Positions 8,962 through 18,120 of a DNA stretch of 64,000 nucleotides are shown here, in pieces. How positions within the stretch are numbered: position 1 is the first letter of the stretch; each line of letters opens with the position of its first letter. The DNA is from Elusimicrobiota bacterium (GTDB lineage: Bacteria > Elusimicrobiota > Elusimicrobia > FEN-1173). The notes under the pieces were generated by a model. It was not told the DNA's origin. It saw only the letters and a list, made by a program, of their open reading frames with translations, and made no database searches. The stretch covers positions 2,688,503 through 2,752,502 of the forward strand of contig JADKHR010000001.1 in assembly GCA_016721625.1 (NCBI GenBank), in the 5' to 3' direction. Position numbers and translations under genes: made by a program.

Positions 8962-9088
8962 AGCCACAGCCGTGCCTGTTTTTCATCAATTTGGTGAAAC
9001 CCGCCTCTGACGGAAAAAAGTTCTTATCGGAGTATTTGAGTTTCAAAGTTAGATCCTACCCCGGGCTTTATCATCTTATGGGAAAAGC

Positions 9089-9550
9089 TCAGGGGACCGG
9101 CGAGGGCTCCGGCGTTTTGGGCGCCGGTGGAGGTTCTTCCGCGCTGGTGAGGACGGCCACGCCGACCTTGGCGGCTTTCGACTTTTGGGCGGCGTCCAGG
9201 GCCAGGATCACGTTTTTAAAGGAGACGTCCCGGTCGGCTTCAATCAAGACGGCGCGGCGGGCGTTGGTCTTCAGGGCCTGGGCCAGGAGGTCGGCGAGGT
9301 CGTTACGCAGAACGCGCCGGTCGCCCACGTAATAATCGCCGTCCTGGGTGATTTTGACCCGGAGAGGGGTGTCGTCGTCTCCCGGTTGACCGGCGGCGCG
9401 GGGGAGGTTCACCGGGATTTGGGACTGGGCGATGAAGGGGGACAGGATCATGAAGATGATCAGGAGCACCAACACCACGTCGATGAAGGGCACCATGTTG
9501 ATCTCGGTGATGAGGCGTTTCTTTTTGTGGGAGCCCAGGTGAACTTTCAT
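9089..9550 (-). CDS. ExbD/TolR-family biopolymer transport protein
   Basis: ITEINMVPFIDVVLVLLIIFMI.. TM segment followed by the periplasmic ExbD fold pattern (VKITQDGDYYVGDRRV..LIEADRDVSFKNVILALDAA). Confidence 0.85.
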   Translation of the reverse strand: MKVHLGSHKKKRLITEINMVPFIDVVLVLLIIFMILSPFIAQSQIPVNLPRAAGQPGDDDTPLRVKITQDGDYYVGDRRVLRNDLADLLAQALKTNARRAVLIEADRDVSFKNVILALDAAQKSKAAKVGVAVLTSAEEPPPAPKTPEPSPVP

Positions 9551-9553
9551 CGG

Positions 9554-10006
9554 TCAGTCCAGGCCCGCGGTCTCCATGAGTTTCTCGTTATGAAAGGTGA
9601 AATAATTGAAGATCATGCTGGCCGGGATGGCCACGGCCAGACCGGCGGCGGTGGACACCAGCGCTTCGGAAATGCCGCCCGCCACTAGCGACATGCCGCC
9701 CCCTCCGCCGGAGGCCTGGCTGATGGTGTGGAAGGCCCGGATGATGCCGATCACGGTTCCCAGGAGCCCCACGAAGGGAGCCGCGTTCGCCAGGGTTCCC
9801 AGCAGAGCCAACCGTCGCTCCGCCCGGTCGAAAAGGGATTTTAATCCGGCGCCGTCCCCCCCCTTGTTCAGGACCGATCGGATCCCCCGGTGCAGGGACC
9901 AACATTCCAAAAAGATCGATACCGTAAGAATGGAAAAGAGAAACAGGATGGAAAGCACCGGCCATCCCAGGATGAGCGTGTGTTTGAGGTCGAAGGTTGA
10001 GATCAT
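9554..10006 (-). CDS. MotA/TolQ/ExbB-family proton channel protein
   Basis: LGTLANAAPFVGLLGTVIGIIRAF..GGISEALVSTAAGLAVAIPA signature. Its start overlaps the cstA stop (ATGA). Confidence 0.85.
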   Translation of the reverse strand: MISTFDLKHTLILGWPVLSILFLFSILTVSIFLECWSLHRGIRSVLNKGGDGAGLKSLFDRAERRLALLGTLANAAPFVGLLGTVIGIIRAFHTISQASGGGGGMSLVAGGISEALVSTAAGLAVAIPASMIFNYFTFHNEKLMETAGLD

Positions 10007-11700
10007 GCGAGCACCTTTTCTTTTTCAGGTTCCGGCGCCGGCCGGGTTGACGGTCGACGGACGGTACGGATGGAATCGGCAATCAACAAAAGGGCGAGGC
10101 CGCTTAAAACGACGGCCACCACCGGGATGGTTTCCCAGTGGGGCTGGGAGACGAGCGAGGACGCCCAGGGGGCGATGGTTCGAGCCAAGGCCCAGAGGGT
10201 CATGGCCATCATGAACGCCATGGGCCCCGCGGTCACGAGCCAAAGTTTTCCGCCCCGTTCCCTCAGCCAAACGGTCAATCCCAGGAGCGTCAGCCCGGCC
10301 AGAAGTTGGTTGGACGTTCCGAAAATGGTCCAAAACATTTTCCACGCGGGCACCGGGTTCCCCGCCGGATCCACCAGGCGAAGCGTGACGAAATAGGCCG
10401 GGAGCGCCAGCGTGAGTAAAGTCGCGGCCATGCCTCCCCGAAAACTTTTCCAGCCGGTCAATTCCTGGAGCATATAACGTCCCAGCCGGGTGGAGACGTC
10501 CAGGGTATCATAAATGAACGTGGCGAAGGCCAGCAGGGCAAAACGCCGGGCCAGGTCCGGGTTGATGCCGAACTGTTCCACGAACCGGGACAGCCCCGCG
10601 GCGTAGATCCGGTCGGGGCCGAGCCCCAGGCTGGCGTCCCCCGCCGGAAGGATCATGAGCGTGGCCAGGGCCACCACCGCCACCAGCGCCTCCAGGAGCA
10701 TTCCCCCATAACCCACCAGTCGGCAGTCCGTCTCCAGGTCCACCTGCTTGGAGGTGGTGCCCGAGCCCACCAGCCCATGAAACCCCGAACAGGCTCCGCA
10801 GGCCACGGTCACGAACAGCATGGGGAAGAGCGGCATTCCGTTGGCGCCCGTCCAGCCCAGGAGGGCCGGGTAGCGGATCTTGTCCCCGCCCAAGAAAAGG
10901 CCCACGAGCCCGGCCAACAGAGTTCCGTAAAGGAAATACCCGCCCAGATATCCCCGTGGTTGAACCAAAAGCCAAAGCGGAATGAGGGAAGCCACGAAGC
11001 AATAGGCCAGGATGGAGAAATTCCAAGCCACCTGGGGACGAAGCCACCCGGCGTCGGGAAACCGAAGCGGCATGGACGGGCCCCAGGCGATGGCCAGGCC
11101 CACCAAGGGAAGGGCGACCAGGGTGGCGGCCCAGAGGGGCACGCGGGCCTTGGTCAAAGCCAACCCCAAGGCCAGGCCGATCAAAAGATAGAGGGTGGAG
11201 GAAGCGGCGACTCCTCCGCCGAAGGCGGGCTCCACGAAGCTCGCGCTGGTGATGTCGGTGAAGGCCGTGATGACGTAGACCAGGGAAAGCCAGACGAAGG
11301 CCGCGAAGAATTTGTAGGCCCGCCCGCCCACGTGTTCGCGCAGGATCTCGGCCACCGAGGTGGCTTTGTGGCGAATGGACCCCACCAGGCTGGAATAATC
11401 ATGCACCGCGCCCATGAAGATCGATCCGAAAACGATCCAGAGGAGCGCCGGAAGCCAGCCGAACCACATCCCGGCCAGAATAGGGCCCACGATGGGTCCC
11501 GCCGCGGAAATGGCGGAGAAGTGTTGGGCCAGGAGAAGAGGTCCCTTGGCCGGGACGAAATCCACGCCGTCTTGATAGGTGTGGGCGGGGGTGACGCGGC
11601 GCCGATCCAACGCGAAGGCTCGGGAGAGGAACCGGCCGTAGACCCTGTAGGCGATCAGGAAGAGCGCGCAAGAGAGAGCGGCCACGGGGGCGAGGGTCAT
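10003..11700 (-). CDS. cstA: Carbon starvation protein A family transporter
   Basis: 565 aa and polytopic. The N-terminal region YGRFLSRAF..TPAHTYQDGVDFVPAKGPLLLAQHFSAISAAGPIVGPILA is typical of CstA. Confidence 0.85.
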   Translation of the reverse strand: MTLAPVAALSCALFLIAYRVYGRFLSRAFALDRRRVTPAHTYQDGVDFVPAKGPLLLAQHFSAISAAGPIVGPILAGMWFGWLPALLWIVFGSIFMGAVHDYSSLVGSIRHKATSVAEILREHVGGRAYKFFAAFVWLSLVYVITAFTDITSASFVEPAFGGGVAASSTLYLLIGLALGLALTKARVPLWAATLVALPLVGLAIAWGPSMPLRFPDAGWLRPQVAWNFSILAYCFVASLIPLWLLVQPRGYLGGYFLYGTLLAGLVGLFLGGDKIRYPALLGWTGANGMPLFPMLFVTVACGACSGFHGLVGSGTTSKQVDLETDCRLVGYGGMLLEALVAVVALATLMILPAGDASLGLGPDRIYAAGLSRFVEQFGINPDLARRFALLAFATFIYDTLDVSTRLGRYMLQELTGWKSFRGGMAATLLTLALPAYFVTLRLVDPAGNPVPAWKMFWTIFGTSNQLLAGLTLLGLTVWLRERGGKLWLVTAGPMAFMMAMTLWALARTIAPWASSLVSQPHWETIPVVAVVLSGLALLLIADSIRTVRRPSTRPAPEPEKEKVLA

Positions 11701-11793
11701 GGGTTCATTCCTAGGAGGTGAGGTTCATTCGTCGATGGCGTTAAGAATGGTATTATAGAATTTCAGGGGTGGAGAGTGCAGGGGAGGATGGCC

Positions 11794-12691
11794 ATGCGTG
11801 TTCTCGTTTCCGGTTCCACGGGTTTGATCGGCGGGGCTTTGGTGAAGGCCCTGGAAAGGAAAAAAATACGACGTGGTTCGACTCAGCCGAACGGACGCCG
11901 TTTCCGCCCCGCGGCTCCTGTGGGATCCCCAAAGGGGCCGGGTGGAAACGCGGCTTCTGGAAGGGTTTGACGCCGTGGTCCATCTGGCGGGCGAAAGCAT
12001 CGCCGCTGGGCGGTGGACCCCCGCGTTGAAAGAAAAGATTCGCGACAGTCGGGTGCGGGGGACCACGTTCCTCGCCAACACCTTGGCCGGCCTTTCCCGC
12101 CCGCCCAAGGTGTTGGTTTGCGCGTCGGCCGTCGGCTTTTACGGAAACCGGGGAGAGGAACGGTTGACGGAGGAGAGCCCGGCGGGGGAAGGTTTCCTTC
12201 CCGAGGTGTGCCGCGCCTGGGAAGCCTCTTGCGCCCCGGCGATGGAGAAAGGCATTCGGGTCGTGAACCTGCGTTTCGGCGTGGTTCTCAGTTCCGGGGG
12301 CGGAGCTTTGAAAAAGATGATCCTTCCGTTCCGCTGGGGGCTGGGGGGAATCATCGGAAACGGCCGCCAATGGTGGAGCTGGATCGGTTTGGAGGATGTG
12401 GTGGGCGCCATTCGGCACGTGATGGGCACCGAGGGTTTGTCGGGCCCCGTCAACGTCACCGCGCCGACGCCCGTGACCAACGAAGGCTTTACGAAAGAGT
12501 TGGGCCGCGCCCTGCACCGGCCCACGCTCCTTCCCATGCCCGCCTTTGCCGCCAAATGGGCCCTCGGCGAAATGGCCCAGGCCCTCTTGCTCGCCAGCGC
12601 CCGCGTCGCCTCGAAAAAACTCATCGACAGCGGCTACCCGTTCCGCCACCCCGACTTGGCAGGGGCGCTTCCCTCACTGTTGCGGAGGTAG
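11794..12691 (+). CDS. YfcH-like epimerase-family protein (TIGR01777-type NAD-binding domain plus DUF1731). The frame is broken in an A7 run at 11860-11866.
   Basis: MRVLVSGSTGLIGGALVKALERKK (ORF 11776..11970) continues as YDVVRLSRTD.. (ORF 11873..12691) if the A7 run is read as A6. GGAGG lies 6 nt before the ATG at 11794. C-terminal region: RQWWSWIGLEDVVGAI..YPFRHPDL. Confidence 0.75.
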
Positions 12692-12729
12692 CTCCGTTTG
12701 CGCCAGGTTAGCGCTTCCAATCGAATTTT

Positions 12730-12752
12730 GTAGTTGCCCCATTTATGGGGCG
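12730..12752 (+). repeat. REP-like element: GTAG head plus hairpin (GTAGTTGCCCCATTTATGGGGCG)
   Basis: GTAG is followed by the stem GCCCCA(T)/(A)TGGGGC. It lies in inverted orientation to 12788-12810. Confidence 0.65.
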
Positions 12753-12787
12753 TCATTTTCTCAAGACAGGTTATCCCGACGGTAAAC

Positions 12788-12840
12788 CGCCCGATAAATC
12801 GGGCAACTACAAAGGGCATGCTTCGTCGGGTGAACCAGGC
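12788..12840 (-). repeat. REP-like element (reverse complement GTAGTTGCCCGATTTATCGGGCG) plus ~30 nt of conserved flank
   Basis: The stem carries a compensatory C/G swap relative to 12730-12752. The flank aaagggcatgcttcgtcgggtgaaccaggcgg resembles the flank of the copy at 59582-59640. Confidence 0.65.
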
Positions 12841-12842
12841 GG

Positions 12843-13061
12843 TTAAAGAGATACGTCTTTTTTATGCACGCCGCCCGTGTTTTCCAGTCGGAGCTTGAGC
12901 TCTTTGTTTTCCTTTTGCAATTCCATGAGTTTCAAGTGAACCTTGTTCAACAGATAGTTCCCTAGAAAAAGGGAGAGGAGCGCCAAGGCCCAACCGGACC
13001 AGGCCGCGATTTTTCCCATCCGGGCCAAGTGGGCCTTCGTTTTTTCGGTTTCTTCATCCAC
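12843..13061 (-). CDS. Small membrane-anchored coiled-coil protein (hypothetical)
   Basis: 72 aa, with one TM helix (IAAWSGWALALLSLFLGNYLL) followed by a heptad-like tail. It starts 10 nt after the ychF stop on the same strand. Confidence 0.45.
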   Translation of the reverse strand: MDEETEKTKAHLARMGKIAAWSGWALALLSLFLGNYLLNKVHLKLMELQKENKELKLRLENTGGVHKKDVSL

Positions 13062-13070
13062 GGCAGACCC

Positions 13071-14144
13071 TCAAACGTTGAACCGGAAATACACCACGTC
13101 CCCGTCCTTCATTTCATAGTCTTTTCCTTCGATGGAAACGAGGCCTTTTTCCTGGAGGGCCTTGTAAGAACCCAGGCGCACTAAATCTTCATACTTATAA
13201 AGTTCAGCGCGGATGAAGCCCCGCTCGATGTCGGTGTGGATTTTGCCCGCGGCCTTCACCGCTCGGGTGCCCCGGGGAATGACCCAGGCCCGGGTCTCCT
13301 GGGGCCCCGCGGTAAAAAAAGAAATCAAGCCCAGGAGGTCTTTCCCCGCGGTGGCCAACGCCGCCAGGCCCGGGGTTCCGATCCCCGCCGATTCGTAATA
13401 AGAGGCTCGTTCTTCCTCGGGCAGTTGAACAATTTCGGCTTCGATTTTGGCGCAGAGCGGCACCACCCGGGCGTTTTCCGCCTTGGCCCGTGCCTCCAGG
13501 GCGGCCAGCATTTTCGGTTCCGGCCCTTTCTCGTCGGTGTTCGCCACGTAGAGCACGGGTTTTCCCGTGAGAAATCCTTGTTCCAACTGGACGTCGGCGG
13601 GCACGTTCTGGGACCGGGCCGACCGTCCTTCCCGAAACCCCTTCACCAAACTTTCCATCAGCTCGAGTTTTTCCTTTGCTTTCTTTTCGCCGGAGCGGGC
13701 GGGGCCCTGGAGTTTGTCCAGGGCCTTTTCGGCCTGTTGGAGATCGGCCAGCAAAAGTTCGGTTTCGATGATGTCCGCCGCTTCGCCGGGGTTCAAGGCT
13801 CCCAGCACGTTCACCACCTCGGGATCCTCGAAACAGCGGACCACGTGGGCGATGGCGTCCACGGCGCGGATGTGGGAAAGGAATTTGTTGCCGAGCCCCT
13901 CCCCTTGGCTCGCCCCCTTCACCAACCCCGCGATGTCCACGAATTTGATCCCGCCGGGCGTGACCTTTTCGCTTTTGAACATGTCCCCCAGGACGGTCAA
14001 TCGTGAATCCGGGAGCGGGACGATGCCCACGTTGGGGTCGATGGTGGTGAAGGGGAAATTGCTGGCCGCCGCCGCGGCGCCGGTGAGGGCGTTAAAGAGC
14101 GTGGATTTTCCGACGTTGGGAAGACCGACGATGCCGATGTCCAT
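13071..14144 (-). CDS. ychF: Redox-regulated ribosome-binding ATPase YchF
   Basis: MDIGIVGLPNVGKSTLFNALT..NFPFTTIDPNVG.. with the C-terminal TGS-like end DGDVVYFRFNV. Confidence 0.95.
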   Translation of the reverse strand: MDIGIVGLPNVGKSTLFNALTGAAAAASNFPFTTIDPNVGIVPLPDSRLTVLGDMFKSEKVTPGGIKFVDIAGLVKGASQGEGLGNKFLSHIRAVDAIAHVVRCFEDPEVVNVLGALNPGEAADIIETELLLADLQQAEKALDKLQGPARSGEKKAKEKLELMESLVKGFREGRSARSQNVPADVQLEQGFLTGKPVLYVANTDEKGPEPKMLAALEARAKAENARVVPLCAKIEAEIVQLPEEERASYYESAGIGTPGLAALATAGKDLLGLISFFTAGPQETRAWVIPRGTRAVKAAGKIHTDIERGFIRAELYKYEDLVRLGSYKALQEKGLVSIEGKDYEMKDGDVVYFRFNV

Positions 14145-14163
14145 AAGGAAAGACTCCTTTGAT

Positions 14164-15000
14164 TTAAAAGTGGGAGGAGCGAGGGCGCCCGAGGGCGTCT
14201 CCGTAACTCCGGCGGATCAGGCGGTCGGCGAAGGAGGGCAGAAGCGCGCTGACCCAAGCGCCCGGCCGGATCCACCAGGGGACAAAATATTCCGTGCCTC
14301 GCCGCTCCACGGCTTTGGCCACGGCCCGGGCCGCCCGGCGGGCCGAAATACGGACCCCGTCCCGTTCGGGGTATCCGGTGGGGAGACGGGACCGGTCCAC
14401 GCCGTTGGGCATCTCCGTTTCGGTGCCGCCCGGGAGGACGAGGCTGAAGGTCACGTTTTGGGCCGCCCATTCCACCCTCAGGCTTTCCGTGAGGCCCAGG
14501 AGGGCGAACTTGCTGGCCGCGTAAGCTCCCATGAAGGGAAGGCCGCGCCGGCTCACCCCCGACCCCACTTGAACCACGTGACCGCCGCCTTGTTTTTCAA
14601 AAAGGGGAAGCGCGGCGCGCACCGCCTCGATGGTCGCCCAGAAATTCGTTTCGAAAATTTCCCGCATTTCCGCCACCGGCATGTCTTGAAAGGTGGCCAT
14701 GCGGAGGATTCCGGCGTTGTTCACGAGAACGTCCAATCGGCCAAAATGGGAAGCGGTTTGCTCAACCCCTTTCCGGGCCTGGTCCGGTTTAGAAATATCC
14801 ACTGGGCAAACGAGTGCCGGGGAACCGCCATTATTTTCAATCTCTCGGGCCAGGGTTTCCAGTCTTTCTTTGCGCCTCGCCGCGAGTGCGAGCCTCCACC
14901 CCCGGGACGCTAAAATCCTCGCGGTTTCCCATCCGATGCCGCTGGAGGCGCCCGTGATGAGGGCGACGGGTGATTCCTTTTTAGGGGGGACGGGTGTCAT
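14164..15000 (-). CDS. Short-chain dehydrogenase/reductase (SDR) family oxidoreductase
   Basis: VALITGASSGIGWETA (TGxxxGxG), NNAG, and the YAASK active-site motif. The ATG at 15000 is chosen instead of the long ORF start at 15204, which overlaps nadE. Confidence 0.85.
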   Translation of the reverse strand: MTPVPPKKESPVALITGASSGIGWETARILASRGWRLALAARRKERLETLAREIENNGGSPALVCPVDISKPDQARKGVEQTASHFGRLDVLVNNAGILRMATFQDMPVAEMREIFETNFWATIEAVRAALPLFEKQGGGHVVQVGSGVSRRGLPFMGAYAASKFALLGLTESLRVEWAAQNVTFSLVLPGGTETEMPNGVDRSRLPTGYPERDGVRISARRAARAVAKAVERRGTEYFVPWWIRPGAWVSALLPSFADRLIRRSYGDALGRPRSSHF

Positions 15001-15004
15001 CGGT

Positions 15005-16687
15005 TCACTCCCCCGTCGCTTTGAATTTGTTTGTGATGGGCATGCGCCGGTCCCGGCCGAAGGCCCGGGGGGTGATCTTGATGCCCGGCGGTGTTTGGCG
15101 GCGTTTATATTCCATGGCATCGATGGTACGGATCCATTTCGCCGCGACCTGGCGGGGAACACCGGCCTTGACGATCCGCTCCAGGCCTTGGTTCTCCTCC
15201 ACATACCGATGGACGATGGTGTCCAAAACCTCGTAGGGGGGCAGGGAGTCCTGGTCCCTCTGGTTCGGCCTCAGTTCGGCCGTGGGGGGGCGCGTGAGCG
15301 TGGTCTCCGGGATGAGCGGGCGCCCGCCCCGGGCGTTTCGCCAACGGGCCAGGCGGTACACCAGGGTTTTCGGGAGGTCTTTGATCACCGCGAAGCCCCC
15401 GGCCGAATCGCCGTAGAGCGTGAAATAACCGGCCGACAGCTCGGATTTGTTCCCCGTGGTCAACACCAACCAACCCAACTTGTTGGAAAGGGCCATTAAA
15501 AGGGTCCCGCGCACGCGGGATTGGAGGTTCTCCTCGGCCACGTCGGGCGCGCGGTCTCCGAAAAGAGGAGCGAGGGTTTTCCGGAAGGACTGAACCGTCT
15601 CCTCGATTGGGAGGGTGTGGAACTCGATCCCCAGGTTTCGCGCCACCGCCTCGGCGTCGTTCCGGGTTTCATCGGAATTGAAGCGCGAGGGGAGCGTGAC
15701 GCCCACCACGTTTTCTTTGCCCAGGGCGTCGGCCGCGATCACCGCCACCAAGGCCGAGTCGATGCCGCCCGAGAGTCCCACCAGCACCCGGCCGAACCCG
15801 TTTTTTCGAACGTAGTCGCGGGTTCCGACGATGAGGGCGGAATAAATTTCCTCCTCCGGGTCCAGGGGCGGCGCCAGAAAGGAGGTGTTGGGCGCCCGAT
15901 CTTCCGACCGTCGCGGGATTTTGACGGCCTTGGCGTTTTGGAGCGAAACGGGTTCCAAGGGCAGGTCGGTGATCAAAAGGTGTTCGTCGAAGGCGGGGGC
16001 CTGGGCGACCACGCGGCCCTTGGCGTTCATGACCAGACTGGAGCCGTCGTAAACCAATTCGTCTTGGCCGCCCACCAGGTTGCCATAGGCGATGGCCGCC
16101 CCGCATTCCCGGGCTTTATTTGTTAAGACGGCGACCCGTTCCTTCCCCTTGCCGGCATGGAAGGGGCTGGCGGATAGGTTCAGAATCAGGGAGGCGCCTG
16201 CTTTGCTCGCGGCCAGGGCGGGCCCTTCCGGACGCCAGACGTCCTCGCAGACGGTCAGCCCGATCCGCACGCCGCCCAAGTCCAGCAGAGCGGGCTCTTG
16301 GCCGGGGAGGAAATACCTCTGTTCGTCGAACACTCCGTAGTTGGGCAGGAACCATTTGTGAAAGCGTACCCGAATCCGGCCGCCGTGGAGGGCCACGGCG
16401 GCGTTGAAGAGCGCCCCGGGACGCCCCTCGGGCAGGCCCAACACCACCAGAAGGTCTTTGGGTAACCGAGGGAGGAGTTGATGGAGCGCCTTCTCGCATT
16501 CCTCCAAAAAGATCGGTTCCAACAGGAGGTCTTCGGGGGGATATCCCGTGAGGGACATTTCCGGGAAAAGGACCAAATCCGCTCCCGCCGCCCGAGCCCG
16601 GGCGCTGAAATCCACGATCCGGGCGGCGTTCCCGGCCAGATCCCCAACGGTGGGGTTGATTTGGGCGAGGGCGAGACGAAGGAGCAT
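15005..16687 (-). CDS. nadE: Glutamine-dependent NAD+ synthetase
   Basis: Starts at MLLRLALAQINPTVGDL (CN-hydrolase domain, ..CEDVW..), followed by the synthetase domain VGLSGGIDSALVA. The upstream 335 codons of ORF 15005..17692 overlap the GAF gene and are Arg/Pro-rich junk. Confidence 0.9.
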   Translation of the reverse strand: MLLRLALAQINPTVGDLAGNAARIVDFSARARAAGADLVLFPEMSLTGYPPEDLLLEPIFLEECEKALHQLLPRLPKDLLVVLGLPEGRPGALFNAAVALHGGRIRVRFHKWFLPNYGVFDEQRYFLPGQEPALLDLGGVRIGLTVCEDVWRPEGPALAASKAGASLILNLSASPFHAGKGKERVAVLTNKARECGAAIAYGNLVGGQDELVYDGSSLVMNAKGRVVAQAPAFDEHLLITDLPLEPVSLQNAKAVKIPRRSEDRAPNTSFLAPPLDPEEEIYSALIVGTRDYVRKNGFGRVLVGLSGGIDSALVAVIAADALGKENVVGVTLPSRFNSDETRNDAEAVARNLGIEFHTLPIEETVQSFRKTLAPLFGDRAPDVAEENLQSRVRGTLLMALSNKLGWLVLTTGNKSELSAGYFTLYGDSAGGFAVIKDLPKTLVYRLARWRNARGGRPLIPETTLTRPPTAELRPNQRDQDSLPPYEVLDTIVHRYVEENQGLERIVKAGVPRQVAAKWIRTIDAMEYKRRQTPPGIKITPRAFGRDRRMPITNKFKATGE

Positions 16688-16731
16688 GTGGGACGGTCTC
16701 CCAGGTTTAGAAAAGGGGCCCCGCTGGGAGG

Positions 16732-17964
16732 TCACCGGGACTGGCCGAGGTCTTCGGCCAGGAGGATGGCTTCGGCGATTTCTTTCATGGTTTTTCGTCG
16801 ATCCATGCTTTGTTTTTGAATTTCGCGGAAAGCCTCGGGTTCGGAAAGACCGCGTTTCTTCATGATCGCGCTTTTGGCTCGTTCGACCAGTTTGCGGGTT
16901 TCGAGGGCTTCCTGGGCGGACAATTTTTCCTGGAGAAGCCGGGTTTGCATGATGGCCGAGGCGCACTGATTGGCCACGGATTGCAGGACGGAAACGTCTT
17001 CCTTGGAAAAATCGTATTCCTGGGCGGTGTAGGTGTTGATGACGCCCAACACCTTGTCCTTGAACATCATGGGGAGCGACAGCAGGGACACCAACCCTTC
17101 GGAGACGGCGACGTCGGGGAAAGAGAAACGTTTGTCCTTTCTGACGTCGGAGATGATGACGGGTTTCTTCTCCAGGACGGCCCGGCCGGAGAGGCTCTGG
17201 GCCACGGGGACGGGCGGTTTGTTGCGGTAGGCGTCCGAGAGGGACTGGGTGGCCGCGATGCGGAGCTGGTGGGATTCGTCGTCCAGCAACATGATGGAGC
17301 AAATCTTGGAGCCCATGAGGGAGGCCGTCATGGCCACGATCAACTGGAGGATCTCCTCCATAAACCGGTCGGAGGTGACGGTGCGGCTCACGGCGGAAAG
17401 CGTTTGAATGGCGTCGGCCTTGCGGCGGGTTTCCTCGTAGAGCCGAGCGTTCTCGATGGCGCCGCCCACTTGGCGGGCGATGGTGCTGAGGAGCTTGAGC
17501 GCGTGCTCGCTGTGGGCGGTGGGTTTCTTGTGTTGGACGTTGATGACGCCCACCACGCCTTCTTTGACCAAAATCGGGACGGAGAGGAACCCCTCGAACT
17601 TGTCTTCCGGCAAGTTGTGGAAAAATTTGAAGCGATGGTCCTCGTGTGCCTTTTCCGGGATGGACAGCGGTTTCTTGTGTTCCGCCACCCAACCGGTCAA
17701 CCCTTCGCCCATACGAAGGCGCAATTGGTCGATTTCCCCGGGGTGGGGGGGTTTGGAGGCGGAGAGCACTAAACTCCGGTGGGAGGGTTCGTGCAGATAA
17801 ATAAAACAGGCGTCGGCTTTGGTGAGTCCGCTCACCAACGTCACTATTTCCTGAAGGATGGTGCGAAGCTCCAAGGTGGACCCGATGATTTGGGTGATGC
17901 GGTGAAGCAGATCCAACTCTTCGGTGGTGCCGAGAGAACGGGTTGAGACTTTAGCGCGGGGCAT
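16732..17964 (-). CDS. GAF-GAF-ANTAR RNA-binding antitermination-type regulator
   Basis: Two GAF-like segments (..GEGLTGWVAEHKKPLSI.. and ..SLSGRAVLEKKPVIISD..) are followed by the ANTAR helix pattern ALETRKLVERAKSAIMKKRGLSEPEAFREIQKQSMDRRKTMKEIAEAIL. Confidence 0.8.
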   Translation of the reverse strand: MPRAKVSTRSLGTTEELDLLHRITQIIGSTLELRTILQEIVTLVSGLTKADACFIYLHEPSHRSLVLSASKPPHPGEIDQLRLRMGEGLTGWVAEHKKPLSIPEKAHEDHRFKFFHNLPEDKFEGFLSVPILVKEGVVGVINVQHKKPTAHSEHALKLLSTIARQVGGAIENARLYEETRRKADAIQTLSAVSRTVTSDRFMEEILQLIVAMTASLMGSKICSIMLLDDESHQLRIAATQSLSDAYRNKPPVPVAQSLSGRAVLEKKPVIISDVRKDKRFSFPDVAVSEGLVSLLSLPMMFKDKVLGVINTYTAQEYDFSKEDVSVLQSVANQCASAIMQTRLLQEKLSAQEALETRKLVERAKSAIMKKRGLSEPEAFREIQKQSMDRRKTMKEIAEAILLAEDLGQSR

Positions 17965-18120
17965 GGCTCGCTCCTAAGTGGGAAAATGGAGAGGGACTAA
18001 AGGAACCCCCACTCTATCAACTTTCCGCCGGAGCGTCAAACCAGGAGCCGTCAAAAAAACAGGGACCCCCTGGAGACTGAGAATCTCTGTAAAAGGGCTC
18101 GAGACCTTGTGTTCGGAGTT

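Noticed and set aside
8732-9046. The 104-aa ORF (and the opposite-strand ORF 8886..9332) in the exbD-tonB spacer as a small protein gene.
   Set aside because: The translation is dominated by the Pro/Gly strings produced by the two C-rich/G-rich hairpins. There is no RBS or recognisable domain.
16688-17692. N-terminal 335-codon extension of the nadE ORF (15005..17692). Similar extensions occur on the SDR (to 15204), Dps (to 18747), AI-2E (to 22304), korB (to 36845), NlpC/P60 (from 42744) and DUF819 (from 45011) ORFs.
   Set aside because: Each extension overlaps the neighbouring real gene in another frame and has junk composition. An internal start restores the normal protein length and often gives a stop/start overlap with the neighbour.
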